Assembly (NCBI GenBank): GCA_000182565.2
Contig: KQ257455.1
Origin: Spizellomyces punctatus DAOM BR117
Taxonomy: Eukaryota
Strand: one strand, 5' to 3'
Length of the DNA stretch: 64,000 bases
The notes beneath the pieces are model-generated. The model saw only the letters and a program-made list of their open reading frames with translations. It had not been told where the DNA came from and ran no database searches. The translations under genes and the position numbers were made by a program. This document shows positions 13,138 to 27,088 of the stretch, piece by piece (positions within the stretch are counted from its first letter, which is position 1; each line of letters opens with the position of its first letter).

Positions 13138-15078
13138 TCACACCACATCCTGCTGCAGCTCAAACCTACATCTAGGTTTCGCATATTCCAATGTCCTGAG
13201 CAGGCCCCTCCTACATGCCATAGCATAATCCACATCGGCCATCTTGAACACGACTTTCCTCAAATTGGTGGCCGGAGGGAAAGCCCTCTTCAAGACTTCG
13301 ACGTTCATACAGGCGCTTTCATCTATTGATACATGAAGGCTGTCAAGTAAAGGAGACGAATTGAGTATCACTACCAGATTCGCAACTGTTAGACGAGGAA
13401 TTGTTGTGACATAGATGGATTGAAAGGATCTAATATCCGAATGCAGGGTATTATCATCGTCGTTATCATCCGACTCAAATATATGCATAACATCGGCAAG
13501 GGGTGCACGACAGACGTGAAGGGACTTCAAACGCGCACAAGTGGAAGGGGACAAGGTTCGCAGAAGACGACCGGCCGCATACCCATCTGGGCTGGTAGTC
13601 ACGCCTTCACCGGCATTCTGAACCCACGGGAGCGCCTCTTCTCTTCCCAACTCTAAGCACTCCAAGCCCTTAAAACCGCTCAGATTCCCTCGGGCTGTAG
13701 CGACATCGCCTATCTGCAGAGACTCTAGCCACGGCAAACTCTCTGACAGGAAACCAAGGTCGCAAGGCCCGGTCTCTAGATGCAGGGCTTTGATCGTTGG
13801 ATTGTATCGAGCAAAAACGTGCGCAGGATGGGATGATACATCCACTGCATGGGCTGTGATCACGTATGGGGAATAGATGCCTCTGAGCGACAAGGTGGTC
13901 AATCCAACGGCTAAACAAGAACAGGATTTGAGAAAAAGAATAAGGAAGACAATTTGCGTGTCTCGATTTACCAGCATTTCTTACGGTAGCTCACCTGCAG
14001 ATTTCCGATGCCTATTCTCGAAATCTGACAGTAGCGCTTCAAATGGTCGTGATCGTCCAGTCACAGCCTTTTTCTGGGTCACAGAATGAGACGTGCAATT
14101 GATGCAACGCATACACTGGGTTCCATAATTGAGGAGAACACCGCATCGACTGTCCATGTCATCAGCAGCTTCTGTTATTTTACTGCTATTTAGGCCCGCA
14201 CACAGCATTGCCAGTCGACTGATGAGATTCGGCGGCATTGTCCGAACAGTGGCATAAGAGTGAAGACGAAGCTCTGAGAGTCCTCTTATCGGAATGTCGC
14301 TTACGGCCAAAGAAGGTGAACTCCCATGGTCGGCTTCTTGATTGTTGACATATTCCAACCAATCTGCGACTTCTTGCAACACATTTAGGAACATATCTGC
14401 GTCAAAGCCGTCTCCAGTCGCCAACCAGTCACCCCGTCTGAAGATGAGCTGCATGTATTCCAATCCGTATCTCCCACGCTTCCGCAAGATTGATTTTACC
14501 CCAGTAGCACTTACGCCAGGAATATGGATATTGAGTCCTTTGACCGCTGCCATTCGCCCAATGTCATTTGCCCAGAGGTCGTAAGCGCGGTCTAACCCCT
14601 TTTCTGAAAGACAGACCCGCACAAGTCGATGAGAGGGTAGATAGGCTGCCAAATCCAATATGCATGCATGAGGAAGTTGATAGGACACTTCTCGCCAGCG
14701 CTTGCACACACTACTGAGGTGGACTTCCCATGGAACGGAACGAGTGCCTTTCTTAGGTAATGCTATGGTACATCGCGTTGCAGACTTGACGTGGACAAGA
14801 CGAGTTGGGAGTGGGAGGGACTTTGATGAAGGGGCAATCTGGGTAAGCGGTGGTTGGAGGTAGTGGAAAGTGTGGAGAAGGACATCCTTTGGGAGGGAAT
14901 GGATTGTTGCCAAAGGCTTTTGGGAGCGACGCTGTTGCCGTCGTTGTGTTGGTGAGAGACGAGATGACGGGTGACGGACGTGTGACTTTGACTGGATCGG
15001 TGCTGACGTAGATGGAGAGTCAGTGTGAAGTGCCATCTTGGCCGAGAAAATGGAAGGTTGGGAGCAGCTCGCTCCCAT
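13138..15078 (-). CDS. F-box-like protein with degenerate LRR C-terminus (lineage-specific)
   Basis: Two long ORFs joined by an intron (GTGAGC near 13994 to TTTAG near 13911). IHSLPKDVLLHTFHYL...LSSVCKRWREV is F-box-like, followed by LxxLxL repeats. The start could be 15078 or 15036. Confidence 0.6.
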
Positions 15079-15879
15079 ATCCGCATTGTGCACGTGATAC
15101 GTTCAACTGGCCTCCTCCAAACGCCCGCAACATTGCAATTGAGGTTACGTCTGCTGCAGCTGTGCGGAAAACTAGCCAACTGGTAGAGTTGGTGGCCCTA
15201 CTTCAATATTCCAGTCCAATGCAGAAGCATGCGCATGAATCCATTGACAACTTTTCTTAACAAGTCATGTTGATACAAGAAGAACTCAGCATTGGGACTG
15301 TCGTGTTGAACCGCCCTCGGTGAGGGACATGTACTGTGCCTAGGGTCACTCGTTGGCCATCATAAATGCCAACGCACAATCCTCTCCCCATTGGTCAACT
15401 GGACACCAGCAATGACCAATCGCGGAATGTACAATGTGATCTTGCGGAACACAGCGTCTCCTGGCTTTTGGGATGACAAGATATCATGATGCTGCTGCAA
15501 AGCACGTCTCAGTCTTGAGCTCTCCTGTCCCAGTCTAGTCCAGTGATCGCTTGCCAACTACGTCAATAATCATCCTCATTTGCGTGCCACGGAGCAAAGG
15601 TCTCTGTCGTGAACGCGGCGATGTCAGGCGGCGATGGGAGTATCAACATAACCAATCCAGACTATTCCGTCAATGAACAAGGCAATTCACTTCTGCGGTA
15701 TATGTATCCGTCCTGCTTCTCGTACACATGTTGACTGCGTTGACACCAAGTTGATGCCTTGAAATCGCTGATGACAGCCGCTGATTAGGCGATTCCTACG
15801 ATCACGTGAGATAGTTGGGGCAGCCTTGTTGGCCACCTACAGACCTGCTCTAGACGCATCTTAGACACAAATAACCATC

Positions 15880-17838
<1,959 letters not shown>

Positions 17839-18079
17839 TTAGACATAGCAGGATATTCTTCCTTGTTAGGAAAACAGTGTTAGAATGCAATGTATGGTTG
17901 CCAATATCGTCTATTTTTCTTGAAAACATAATGTTTGCCAGAAAGTCGATTCACGTCTTTTGGGGCTGATCGAGCAAGCTGACTAAGCATATCCCGTGAC
18001 TTGATGACCATGGAAACAGTCTGACCATCACCACCTTGAAAGTAGCAGGATCTCACCCACACTGGCATTGACCGTCAAC

Positions 18080-18736
18080 ATGTCATTAAAGGTGAGCAGG
18101 AACTACCACTGGTTCTGACAATGCTTTTGAGGCTCATGTGATTCGCTTCGCTAGACGGGCTTGGCTTATGGCCGAGTATGGCATCTCGTGGATGCAAAGG
18201 ACAAAGTGCTGGGTAAACTTTCCCAGCGAATCAGCATCGCCCTGCGAGGAAAATACAAACCTATCTTCCACCCTTCTAGTATGCTTTTGAGTACATGCTT
18301 TTTCTCCACCTACGTAGGGCTGACATTTTGTAATCTAGGTGACTGTGGTGACTATGTGGTGGTAGTCAATGCCCGGCACTTGGCCCTCACTGGCAAGAAA
18401 GCCGCGCAGAAGAAATATTTCTGGCACAGCGGATGGCCAGGAGGTGTCACGGAACTTACATACGATAAGTTTTCAGCGGAGCATCCTACCGGAGTATGTA
18501 CATACTCTGTCCTTTTGTACAAATTAGCACTTGCTGATTGGACTTGTTACTAGCCGTTGAAAAAAGCAGTATATGGCATGCTGCCTAAAAACAATCTACG
18601 AAAGGTGCAAATGGGTCGACTGTTCATTTTCGCCGATGCGGATCATCCCTACGAGAAGAATATTTTTCGCGATTATGAGAACGGTGCTGCACAAATCGAT
18701 CTGGATTCGGAGATAGAAGCGCCAAAGAAGGACTGA
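18080..18736 (+). CDS. MRPL23: Mitochondrial ribosomal protein uL13m
   Basis: RVWHLVDAKDKVLGKLSQRISIALRGKYKPIFHPS|GDCGDYVVVVNA, YFWHSGWPGG, KAVYGMLPKNNLR. Four exons. Confidence 0.93.
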
Positions 18737-19000
18737 ATAGATCCATGAATGATATCATTGCAATTGATTCTTGGAGGGTAGGATGGATGGAGAGAGCGAG
18801 TGGGTAATAACATGTATATATGTCAATTATTTTAATCAGATAGAGCGGACTCAAACATCTGTACAGTGATTATCTGACATTTCCCTCACCAAGCAGGTGA
18901 CTCCAGTGTGGATCGGCCCAGCTCAGGCATCCTAAGAGAAAGAGTGGACGAAATTTTCAAAAGGAAAACGGACGAATCTGGGTGTATCTGATTTCTATTA

Positions 19001-21164
19001 CTATGACCTCGTCTTTTCCCAAATCTGAGCGAACATGGGAGTTAATTCGGGGGTTACATCTGCGATTTCCGCTGTGTGTGCCCGCATAATTACCTGAATG
19101 TACGATTCCGAAAGGAATATCATCTGTGGCATTATCTCCTCCACGAACAAATCTTGTATCTGGAACCATTGATCCTTTGCTTTGTCATGCACATGCACTC
19201 TGTATATGCCATTTCCTGGTCCTGGCTTTCCCTCGTGGCAGATATTAGCAACCAGATCATATCGAGTTTCTCCCAGTGCGTCGGGGCCTTCGACGTCTAA
19301 ATTGACATGGGTTACGCGGTTTCCATTACAATAAACTGCACGTCAGAAGACTCACAATCTGACATATCAACGTTCTTGATTGGGAAATTTACGATAGTCG
19401 GGTTCTTCTCCATGGTCCAATTGTTCTTAGTAAAGCGCTTGATATGGAAAATCAGATATTCTGGCAAGGCGGTGATCTTGTATCTTCGTAGGATATTGCC
19501 GCTTTCCTAAATGCACATTTGAATATCACACATATTCCTGAAGCATGATGCCATGTGTTTCTCGAAGTACATACCTGTCCTGTAACACCATCATATTTAC
19601 TCAAAAGGGTGGCTAGTGGAATCTACGAAGACTTAGCCTCCGCTGCAGCGACATGTGATGCAGTTAGACACTACCTGTGGGATGATGTTCTTCTCGGTCT
19701 CATCCTGAAAGAGGGGTGGGGGTGGAAGATCCAACGTCAGGAACATAAAAGGACTTCGTTTCGATATGATTTCTACAAGATAGTATTATCATGTAAATCA
19801 ATGGACCGGCGAGATCAGGATTTAAAATATTACAACAGACCTCGAGATTCATCGAAAACTTTCTTTTCGGCTTCCTCGCCCTCCACTGTCTCCTTGACAA
19901 CAATAGTCTGTGAATCTATTCTTAATTCCCCCTGAAATGTGCGATGAATAAGGCCTGCTATGGGTTAGAGAGCCTGAAGACGTAACTATTATAAATATCA
20001 GATAGAACTCACTGCTGCCTGCCTTCTTTTTTCCACCCATGCCAGCATGCAACGCATTAAGAAGCCATGATATAAGATCCGTGGGATCGGCTTGCTCATT
20101 CAGTCGGAACTTCTTTTGACTAGCATTTGATATTTCCTACTCGAAGCATCAGCCACTGTACGTCTCATTGAAAGGAATAATTGTTGGGTACCTGCAGCAA
20201 TTCATGCGGACTCACTTGGCCCTTGAAAGCACGAGGATTCCATACTTTTCGCATCAGCATCCCAAATCTCTTAACTGAACAACAATAAGCAATATTTGAA
20301 TAATACGAGCGAGGCGTCTCTTTGAAATTCTTACTGACCTAATTCAGATCCCGTCGCTGAGTTGTCAATCAGGAAGTGATCTCGCAGCGGTTGGACGTGA
20401 ATCAAAGATTGCACAACGACGTTGACATAATCGTTCGCCTTAATATTATTAAGACCCACGAACCCTAAAGAATCATTAGGCAAAGCATTCGTAACGATGT
20501 GCGTGTTTTGTCAACTCACCCGGAAGGTACCGCTTGTTGTTCAGATCGTAAGAATATGGATTTACTTTATCCAATTGTGCGACTTGTTCTAGAGTAAATG
20601 TCGGATTGAGGACATACTGCAAATCGATGAGTAAGATTTAATATGAATATCGTCATCTTTGCCCTCTCAGCATTGGAACGTGCCTTGATATCGTTCAACG
20701 AGGAGTCGGTTACCTCATAACCGTCGGGCAAGATATACACCTTATGAGAGTATTAGATCTCGGAACGTTACAAAACCCGCCAGACGTGTGTTTACCTTTA
20801 GTGTGTACAAATTGATGAAAACGTGGTGATTTTCGTGCAGACTATGGAAATAGGCATGTGACGATTTCCCTCTTCCTGTAACGATAATCAAAAACATTGC
20901 CTCACAACGCCAATAATAAATTGAAATATTGTTACCTTGAAAGTACTTCCCGCATACCAAACACGCATATACATTCAGGTTGGAAAGCGAAACGGAGCAC
21001 AGTTTTTCAAAATCGAAGTCCAGCATGTACCGGTTCACTGTATCTAGAAAAAGTCCTTGCGGACCGGCGACCGGCGTGGCCTTTCCCTTTTTACGTGCAG
21101 GCGACTCCACATCGACTTGTTCGGAGTCGCCATTTTCCACGTCGGGATGTTTTCGTTTGTCCAT
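19001..21164 (-). CDS. SAD1: U4/U6.U5 tri-snRNP protein Sad1/USP39 (zf-UBP plus inactive USP domain)
   Basis: LDFDFEKLCSVSLSNLNVYACLVCGKYFQG|RGKSSHAYFH, PGFVGLNNIKANDY, EKNPTIVNFP, WFQIQDLFVEEIMPQMIFLSESYIQIWE. Confidence 0.95.
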
Positions 21165-21222
21165 CTTTTTGGTAGATTAGCGATCTACTATGTGGAAATT
21201 CAAGCGCTTTCATTGCCAGTGG

Positions 21223-21247
21223 TTGATGAGTCATCCTAGGTCACGTG
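21223..21247 (-). promoter_or_regulatory. Composite E-box + AP-1/Gcn4-like element in the SAD1 / zinc-finger gene bidirectional promoter
   Basis: Minus strand reads CACGTGACCTAGGATGACTCATCAA. The same architecture recurs at 46284-46308. Confidence 0.6.
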
Positions 21248-21301
21248 CATTGAAGGTCCTTCCGTGCATCGCAGAATTGAAGAACTTGAAATTCCTTCAA
21301 C

Positions 21302-23160
21302 ATGGAAGCCAAGTTTGACGAACTCCCAGAAACAGTCGCTACGACTGCGGACAGTATGTGACAACTCTTCAAATATTGATCTGGATTTCGCCTTTTGCAA
21401 ATGCTGTCTGCATAGTTTTTGCCACAACGGGTTTCAGCAGCCCCAACATTACTTCGGTCCAGTTTTTGTCGGCGCCTATTGGGACACCAAACAACCCGCA
21501 AACACCAAATTCTCTTCTCTGCAATGTCTGCAAAAAATCATTCTCTTCAGAGGCTACTTTGTCATCGCACCAAAAGACCGCCCGGCATCTCACAGCCTTG
21601 AAGGAGCTTCAGCGAAAGAAAGAGCGGGGCGGGAGGAGCAAGCAGCCTCCTGTGGCAGCTGCCGCTTTCGGTATGTACGCATTTGCGCCTTCACTGTTGA
21701 TGAATCTTTGAATAACCACCCCTTCAGAGGCCACAGCAAAGGTGAGACAGGCAGATAAACTCGCCGTGGCGAATCCTGGCTTGGCTGCAACTATATATTG
21801 GAGTGCGGCAAATGGTATTACGCTGACAGATTACGCTCGTTCGGTTCTTTCAACTCACTTATTTCACCTGTAAATCCCAGTTCTATGGAGCCACAAATGT
21901 GTTCGAGACACTGCCCAATGTCTTTCCAAACTCATCTCGGTTCTCTGTGATCTGAAAGCAGCGTCTCCGACCATTACACCAGAAAAGAACGCTTCCGTAG
22001 TCTTGAAAGCATCGCAAATTGCCGAAACCTTGTATCTTACACGGATCGCTCTGGCAAGATTGCTAACGATCTACGATTGTGACATGGCCCTTGCACTTTA
22101 TATCGACGCAATTGAGGGCAAATACAGCGTGGATGCGACGACCATGGTGTTGGCGTGTGAGGTATATGAAGTGATCATGATAATGGGAAAGTTTCAAGCT
22201 CAGCTGATACCTGAATTTCACAGCACCAGTCATTTGGCGAAGTGGTTACATTTTGCGAAGAAATATTTCGAAAACACATTATGCCCACAACCCCAAAATC
22301 CACTCAATCGCGGAATGCTGCCAGTGACCAACAAACAACGAACTCAAAAAAGTCGGTTGCTTTGCGAAAGATACAATCGACTTTTCTCGAAATCTTTTGT
22401 TTTGCTAAGAACATCGAAGCACCTTTGGAAGCCCTATTTTTTGGGGGGCTAACCTTGGCGGTAGCGAAGGATGAGCTAAAGTACGTAAGGACAAGGTTTT
22501 TCGAAAGAATTTTTGCTCCGCGTATTCACCGCATACCCTTATAGATGGAATGATTACGCCGATGTATGTGTTCGCATCGCAGATGTAAGTGGAGGCTACT
22601 CGGTCTTTTCCGCTCGCATAAGAAGCTTTTCAAGTCCTGACCTCGCCCATGTGCGTAGATTTATTTATCCTTAGACCGACAATGGTCGACATGCGATTGT
22701 CTTGAAGTCGGAGCGAAGGCACTGTGTCAGGGAAGCGATATTTCTTTTACTCAAATTAATGAGAATGACCATACCGACATAGCAACAGAAGATCAACTGT
22801 CACCTTGGAATCTCCTCAGTGAGGCTTTGATGCTCTCAATTCAAATAGGTATATCGCCCGGCGGGTGCAGATCTGACCAGATGAAAAAAGATCGTAGTGA
22901 CATATATTTACACGTGTGTGGCAGATGATCGAGTTCGGGTTTTCCGCCTCGAAGAGTCATTACGAATGGCTCTGGAAGACAAAGGGCAGCTTCCGAATTG
23001 CTGGCAACGATTTTCAGATATAAACGTGAGTGACGTGCCCTACCTGTGCACTGATTTGTTGTCATCAAACTCACTCTATAATATTCTTTATCATTCCTTT
23101 GCTCTGAATGCCCTTGCCCTTAGTTCCTTCTACGATTTGCGAAAGCATCTCGTACGTTAG
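21302..23160 (+). CDS. Uncharacterised protein with one C2H2 (matrin/JAZ-like) zinc finger and a helical C-terminus
   Basis: MEAKFDELPETVATTAD|IFATTG...CNVCKKSFSSEATLSSHQKTARHL. Several GT-AG introns. The 3' exon structure is approximate. Confidence 0.65.
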
Positions 23161-23424
23161 ATCACAGTTGGAGCCAGGAGGAGGAAGCAGGGTATGACAG
23201 CCAAGTGATGACATCCGGCCCCACTTTATTACCTGAAGCCAGCCGACATAAAGTGGTCGCGCTGTGGCGGTCATGGAGAAATTCGCTGTAGATATGTATA
23301 GATTGAACTCCAATTAGAACTGAACCTTTGGCGATAACGGCACATGTGTCTAATATGATGCGAGTACGACGACTATCTAGCTCAAACTATTGCGGTCATA
23401 CATACTTTAATGCTATATACACGT

Positions 23425-24529
23425 TCACGAAACTACACGACAGTTGTGGATTTGGAACACAAGAATGTCAGTCGCCCCGATGGCTTCCAATCTGTCCATA
23501 ATATCCGCCACCTGGTCCTTGAGAACCATTGACGACACTGCAACCCAGTCGCTGTTTTCCAGTGGACTGATTGTAGGCGCCTTTTTACCTGGAGTGATTC
23601 GGACGGCCTCACGGAGTCTCTCCCGTGAGATGTTATAGTTGCATAATACAAACTTTTGTGCTGCAATAACACCCTGGATACGTCGCATAAGTGTCTCAAT
23701 GAGTGGGTTGGTACTTCGTTTCTTGGGGTTGCAGATAAGAACCGCTTGCGATGTAAGAAGAGTTGTGATGGCGTGCAGCTTGGCCTCACGCATTGTTTCT
23801 CCCGACTCAACCAGGTCAACTAAAGGGAGATACGTGTAAACTTGTGATTCATCGTGGAGGACACTGGATTCTACATACCAATTCCGTCCGCCAAACCTAA
23901 TGCACATGCGGCTTCTACCGATCCGTTAATGTAGTTGATAGTCGTCTTTGATGTGGCCTTTGATCGCTCTCCATCAGCTAATTTGGCACCGCCTTTCAAT
24001 AATGCAGCAGCAGCTTGCTCATCCAATCCCGATTCCAGTGCGTCAAAATATCTGTTTTTTAGACGCAACATAGGTTGAGTATTGTATGGCCAATTACAGA
24101 CCCACGAGATGCACATGGGGCTATGCTTCTTCCCTACCTTCTCACAACAGATTCAAAGCTCGTTACAATCCGCTTGCCCACCAAGTCGCGGGCACTCTTT
24201 ACTGGACTACTTATGGGCACCTGTACGCAAAGATTGCATTTTCCAAATCCAAGCTGGAGAAGTTCTTCCACATTCGCTCTGGACTCGACCACCATGTCCT
24301 GGCCAGTAATACCAATATCCACGTTGCCCTCCCCGACGAATGTCCCAATATCAGCGGCAGGGAGGAACACTAGTGCGATTGGGTGGTTGGTAGAAAGGGC
24401 AATATCGAGCCGGTTGCGACGATGGAATTGAATGTCGGCGCCTTTGAGAAGGGTCAAGCAGTGTTCGTGCAAACGTCCCTTCTTTGGGATGGCGAAGAGA
24501 AGCCGATCGTTCAGATCTGAAAAGTCCAT
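23425..24529 (-). CDS. HIS1: ATP phosphoribosyltransferase (long form)
   Basis: DRLLFAIPKKGRL, FLPAADIGTFVGEGNVDIGITGQD, GSVEAACALGLADGI|VDLVESGETM, ITPGKKAPTISPL. Confidence 0.97.
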
Positions 24530-24708
24530 TCTTGCAATTCGTGTCTGGATGCAAGAGTAGTCAAACGATCAAACCACCGGTAGCGCCGCTAGTATTTCCA
24601 CATTTGCTGCACTCACCTCTGCCTACAACGGCAAACCAATGAAATCCTAAAGCCCAATTTCTACCGTCCTGATCGCTGCGGGACGATGTTGCGAAAACTT
24701 GTCGTGGA

Positions 24709-24715
24709 TGACTCA
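24709..24715. promoter_or_regulatory. Gcn4/CpcA-type site TGACTCA upstream of HIS1
   Basis: TGACTCA about 180 nt upstream of the HIS1 ATG. HIS1 is a classical general-control target in yeast. Confidence 0.5.
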
Positions 24716-24878
24716 CTGTGATACAAAGATCTTGCCAACGAGATCTGCTTACCCGATGCATGATGAAGCAGTCCTTTTAACCCACCACAAAATAACGAAT
24801 ATAAAGCAAGAACGAAGCTTTTAAACGGTCCATCATATTATTTTTCACGAGAACATAAACCATAAACTATAACAGACC

Positions 24879-26830
24879 CTAATCCCTCCGCGAACGCTTG
24901 CCATCCCTTCTCGATGAACTTCCTTCGTCCTTGTCCCTTCCTCGCTTCGCGGTAGACAAGAATTCGTCGATACCGTAAATATCTGCTTGTTCCCGCTCAA
25001 ACTGAACAGGACCATCCCTGACTGCACCATCCGCGCCCTGAAATCCCCGATGCGGTCCGCTTTCGCCCAGCATCTTTTCGATCTTCTCTGCTGCCACCCC
25101 ACCGACAGCCTCTTCAGCCTTCTTTGGTCTGTAGATTGCATTGGCAGAAGAGCCCTGAAACAAGGGTTTATCATACAGATTGTAGGAATCTTCCGCTCCA
25201 AAGCCAGAGCCCATCCCTTGATCCTGGTTGAAGAGCCGCTGGTCAAACATTGATTCTTTTGACATTGTTGGCTGCGCAAGACCGAGTGCAATCTTCTCAG
25301 AAATGTCCCGATCCGTGCTGGGAACAAACGCGTGGATTAGCTCACAATCAAGCAAGCATGTGTTACATCGCCCCTCACCTCTTACTCAATACTCTGGCTT
25401 TGGTTTCCGCCCCCATATGGCTCATTCTAAATTCACGTTCCCGCTGCTTCTGCCTCTCTCTCCTCAACTCTTCACGCTCTTTCAACTTTGCGCGATCTTC
25501 CTCGTCAATGCTGTCTTCTGAATCCGATGATGCGTCTGATCTCTCTGATGCAGGTGCAGCGGCCTCTCCACCCGCACCTGAAACCAGCCCAGCTCGTTCC
25601 TCCCGAGCCCTTTGCGCTAGCATTCGAAGCTTTTCCTCCTTTTCTCGTTTTTCTTTGGCCGCCAGCTTTGATTGCATCTCTGATCGAATTTGCACTTCTT
25701 CTCGAGCATGACGATCAGCAATAAACAGCGCTTCAGAGAGTTTTGCGAAATTGTCGTTGATCGTTATCTGTATAAGCGCACGTAGCGCCAAGAGAAGTCA
25801 GGGGAAATCAGAAACAACGGAAAATGCCGGAACTACCTCTTGCAGGCCGCGTCCATCCGCGGCCAGTCGCTTGTCCAACGGGATAGTGTATCCTTTTGCG
25901 TTCTTCCAGTTACTAATGCACGGTGGGATTACCCAGTTCTTCTGTTCTTCAGCAGTGACTTTCCGAGGAGGTGAATGTAACACAGGTGGCGGAGGGGACG
26001 GTGGAGGGCGAGGGACTTTTTTGTGCTTGAAGCGAGGAGGTTCCATTGGGTCAATGGGTGCTTCAACCATACGAATCACACGAGAAGCGGCTCCCGAAGT
26101 CACGGCATTATTTGGTTGTGCTGGAGTGTACTTTACGTAGGTCGGCCCCTTTTTCGCCATGGTGATTTGCTTTGGTTGAGACGCCTTGATTTTTGCTGGA
26201 AGAGGTGCATAGATAAGCACAAGCATCTTGAATACATACTCGATTTTGGCAGTTACGCACCATCCACCAGCTTCTCCAACGCCGCCCTAGTTTTTTCAGC
26301 TGTTTCCCTAATAGTATCCTCATCCGGTCGCATGAGTNNNNNNNNNNNNNNNNNNNNNNNNNNNNNNNNNNNNNNNNNNNNNNNNNNNNNNNNNNNNNNN
26401 NNNNNNNNNNNNNNNNNNNNNNNNNNNNNNNNNNNNNNNNNNNNNNNNNNNNNNNNNNNNNNNNNNNNNNNNNNNNNNNNNNNNNNNNNNNNNNNNNNNN
26501 ATTTCTGGGAAAGCGCCGCCATCTCCAAAGTCCTGCGATAAAAATCAATCACAACTTTCTGGTCATGGATATGAATACTAGTCGGCAGATCTACATCAAG
26601 TACCTCCAAAGTTCTCGGGACAAAACCTTGCCGGTGCCCGTATGGAGGAGGGCCTTTGTGTACAACTGCAACTGTGGGTGCTGACGCTTCGTCATCTTCG
26701 TCATCGCTGGCCCATTTCGACTTTGGAAGCGTCGATGCTCTCGGCTTGGGGAGAACACTGTCGAAAGATTGGATCAGACAACGGAGATGCATAATGTTAT
26801 CTTTTTCCATTCCTACCTGGAGAGAGACAT
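24879..26830 (-). CDS. PRP45: Splicing factor Prp45/SNW1 (SKIP)
   Basis: PPPYGHRQGFVPR, DFGDGGAFPE, DPMEPPRFKHKKVPRPPPSPPPPVLHSPPRK, IPPCISNWKNAKGYTIPLDKRLAADGRGL, DRDISEKIALG. Spans an N gap. Confidence 0.96.
26338..26500. other. Assembly gap
   Basis: Run of N inside PRP45. Confidence 1.
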
Positions 26831-27088
26831 GACTGTTTACTGTTCCGAACCGTCCTGCTCTGCTCGTGAGCTGCACTGGGGAACTGATCAACAGATTAGC
26901 GAAAAGACGCTTGTCACAACCGGCAAATCGCCAAACTGCAAACGCTCTACTAAGCACCGTGTGGCACAGCACTGGCGATGACTGTATTGCCAGCTCCGGC
27001 AAAGGCAGCTTTCCCCATCCGCATCTGCTTGCCTTCCATCGCCCTTCTCCCCAGAGCGAGCTGTTTCTCGGTGGTTCTGAGATGCAGG

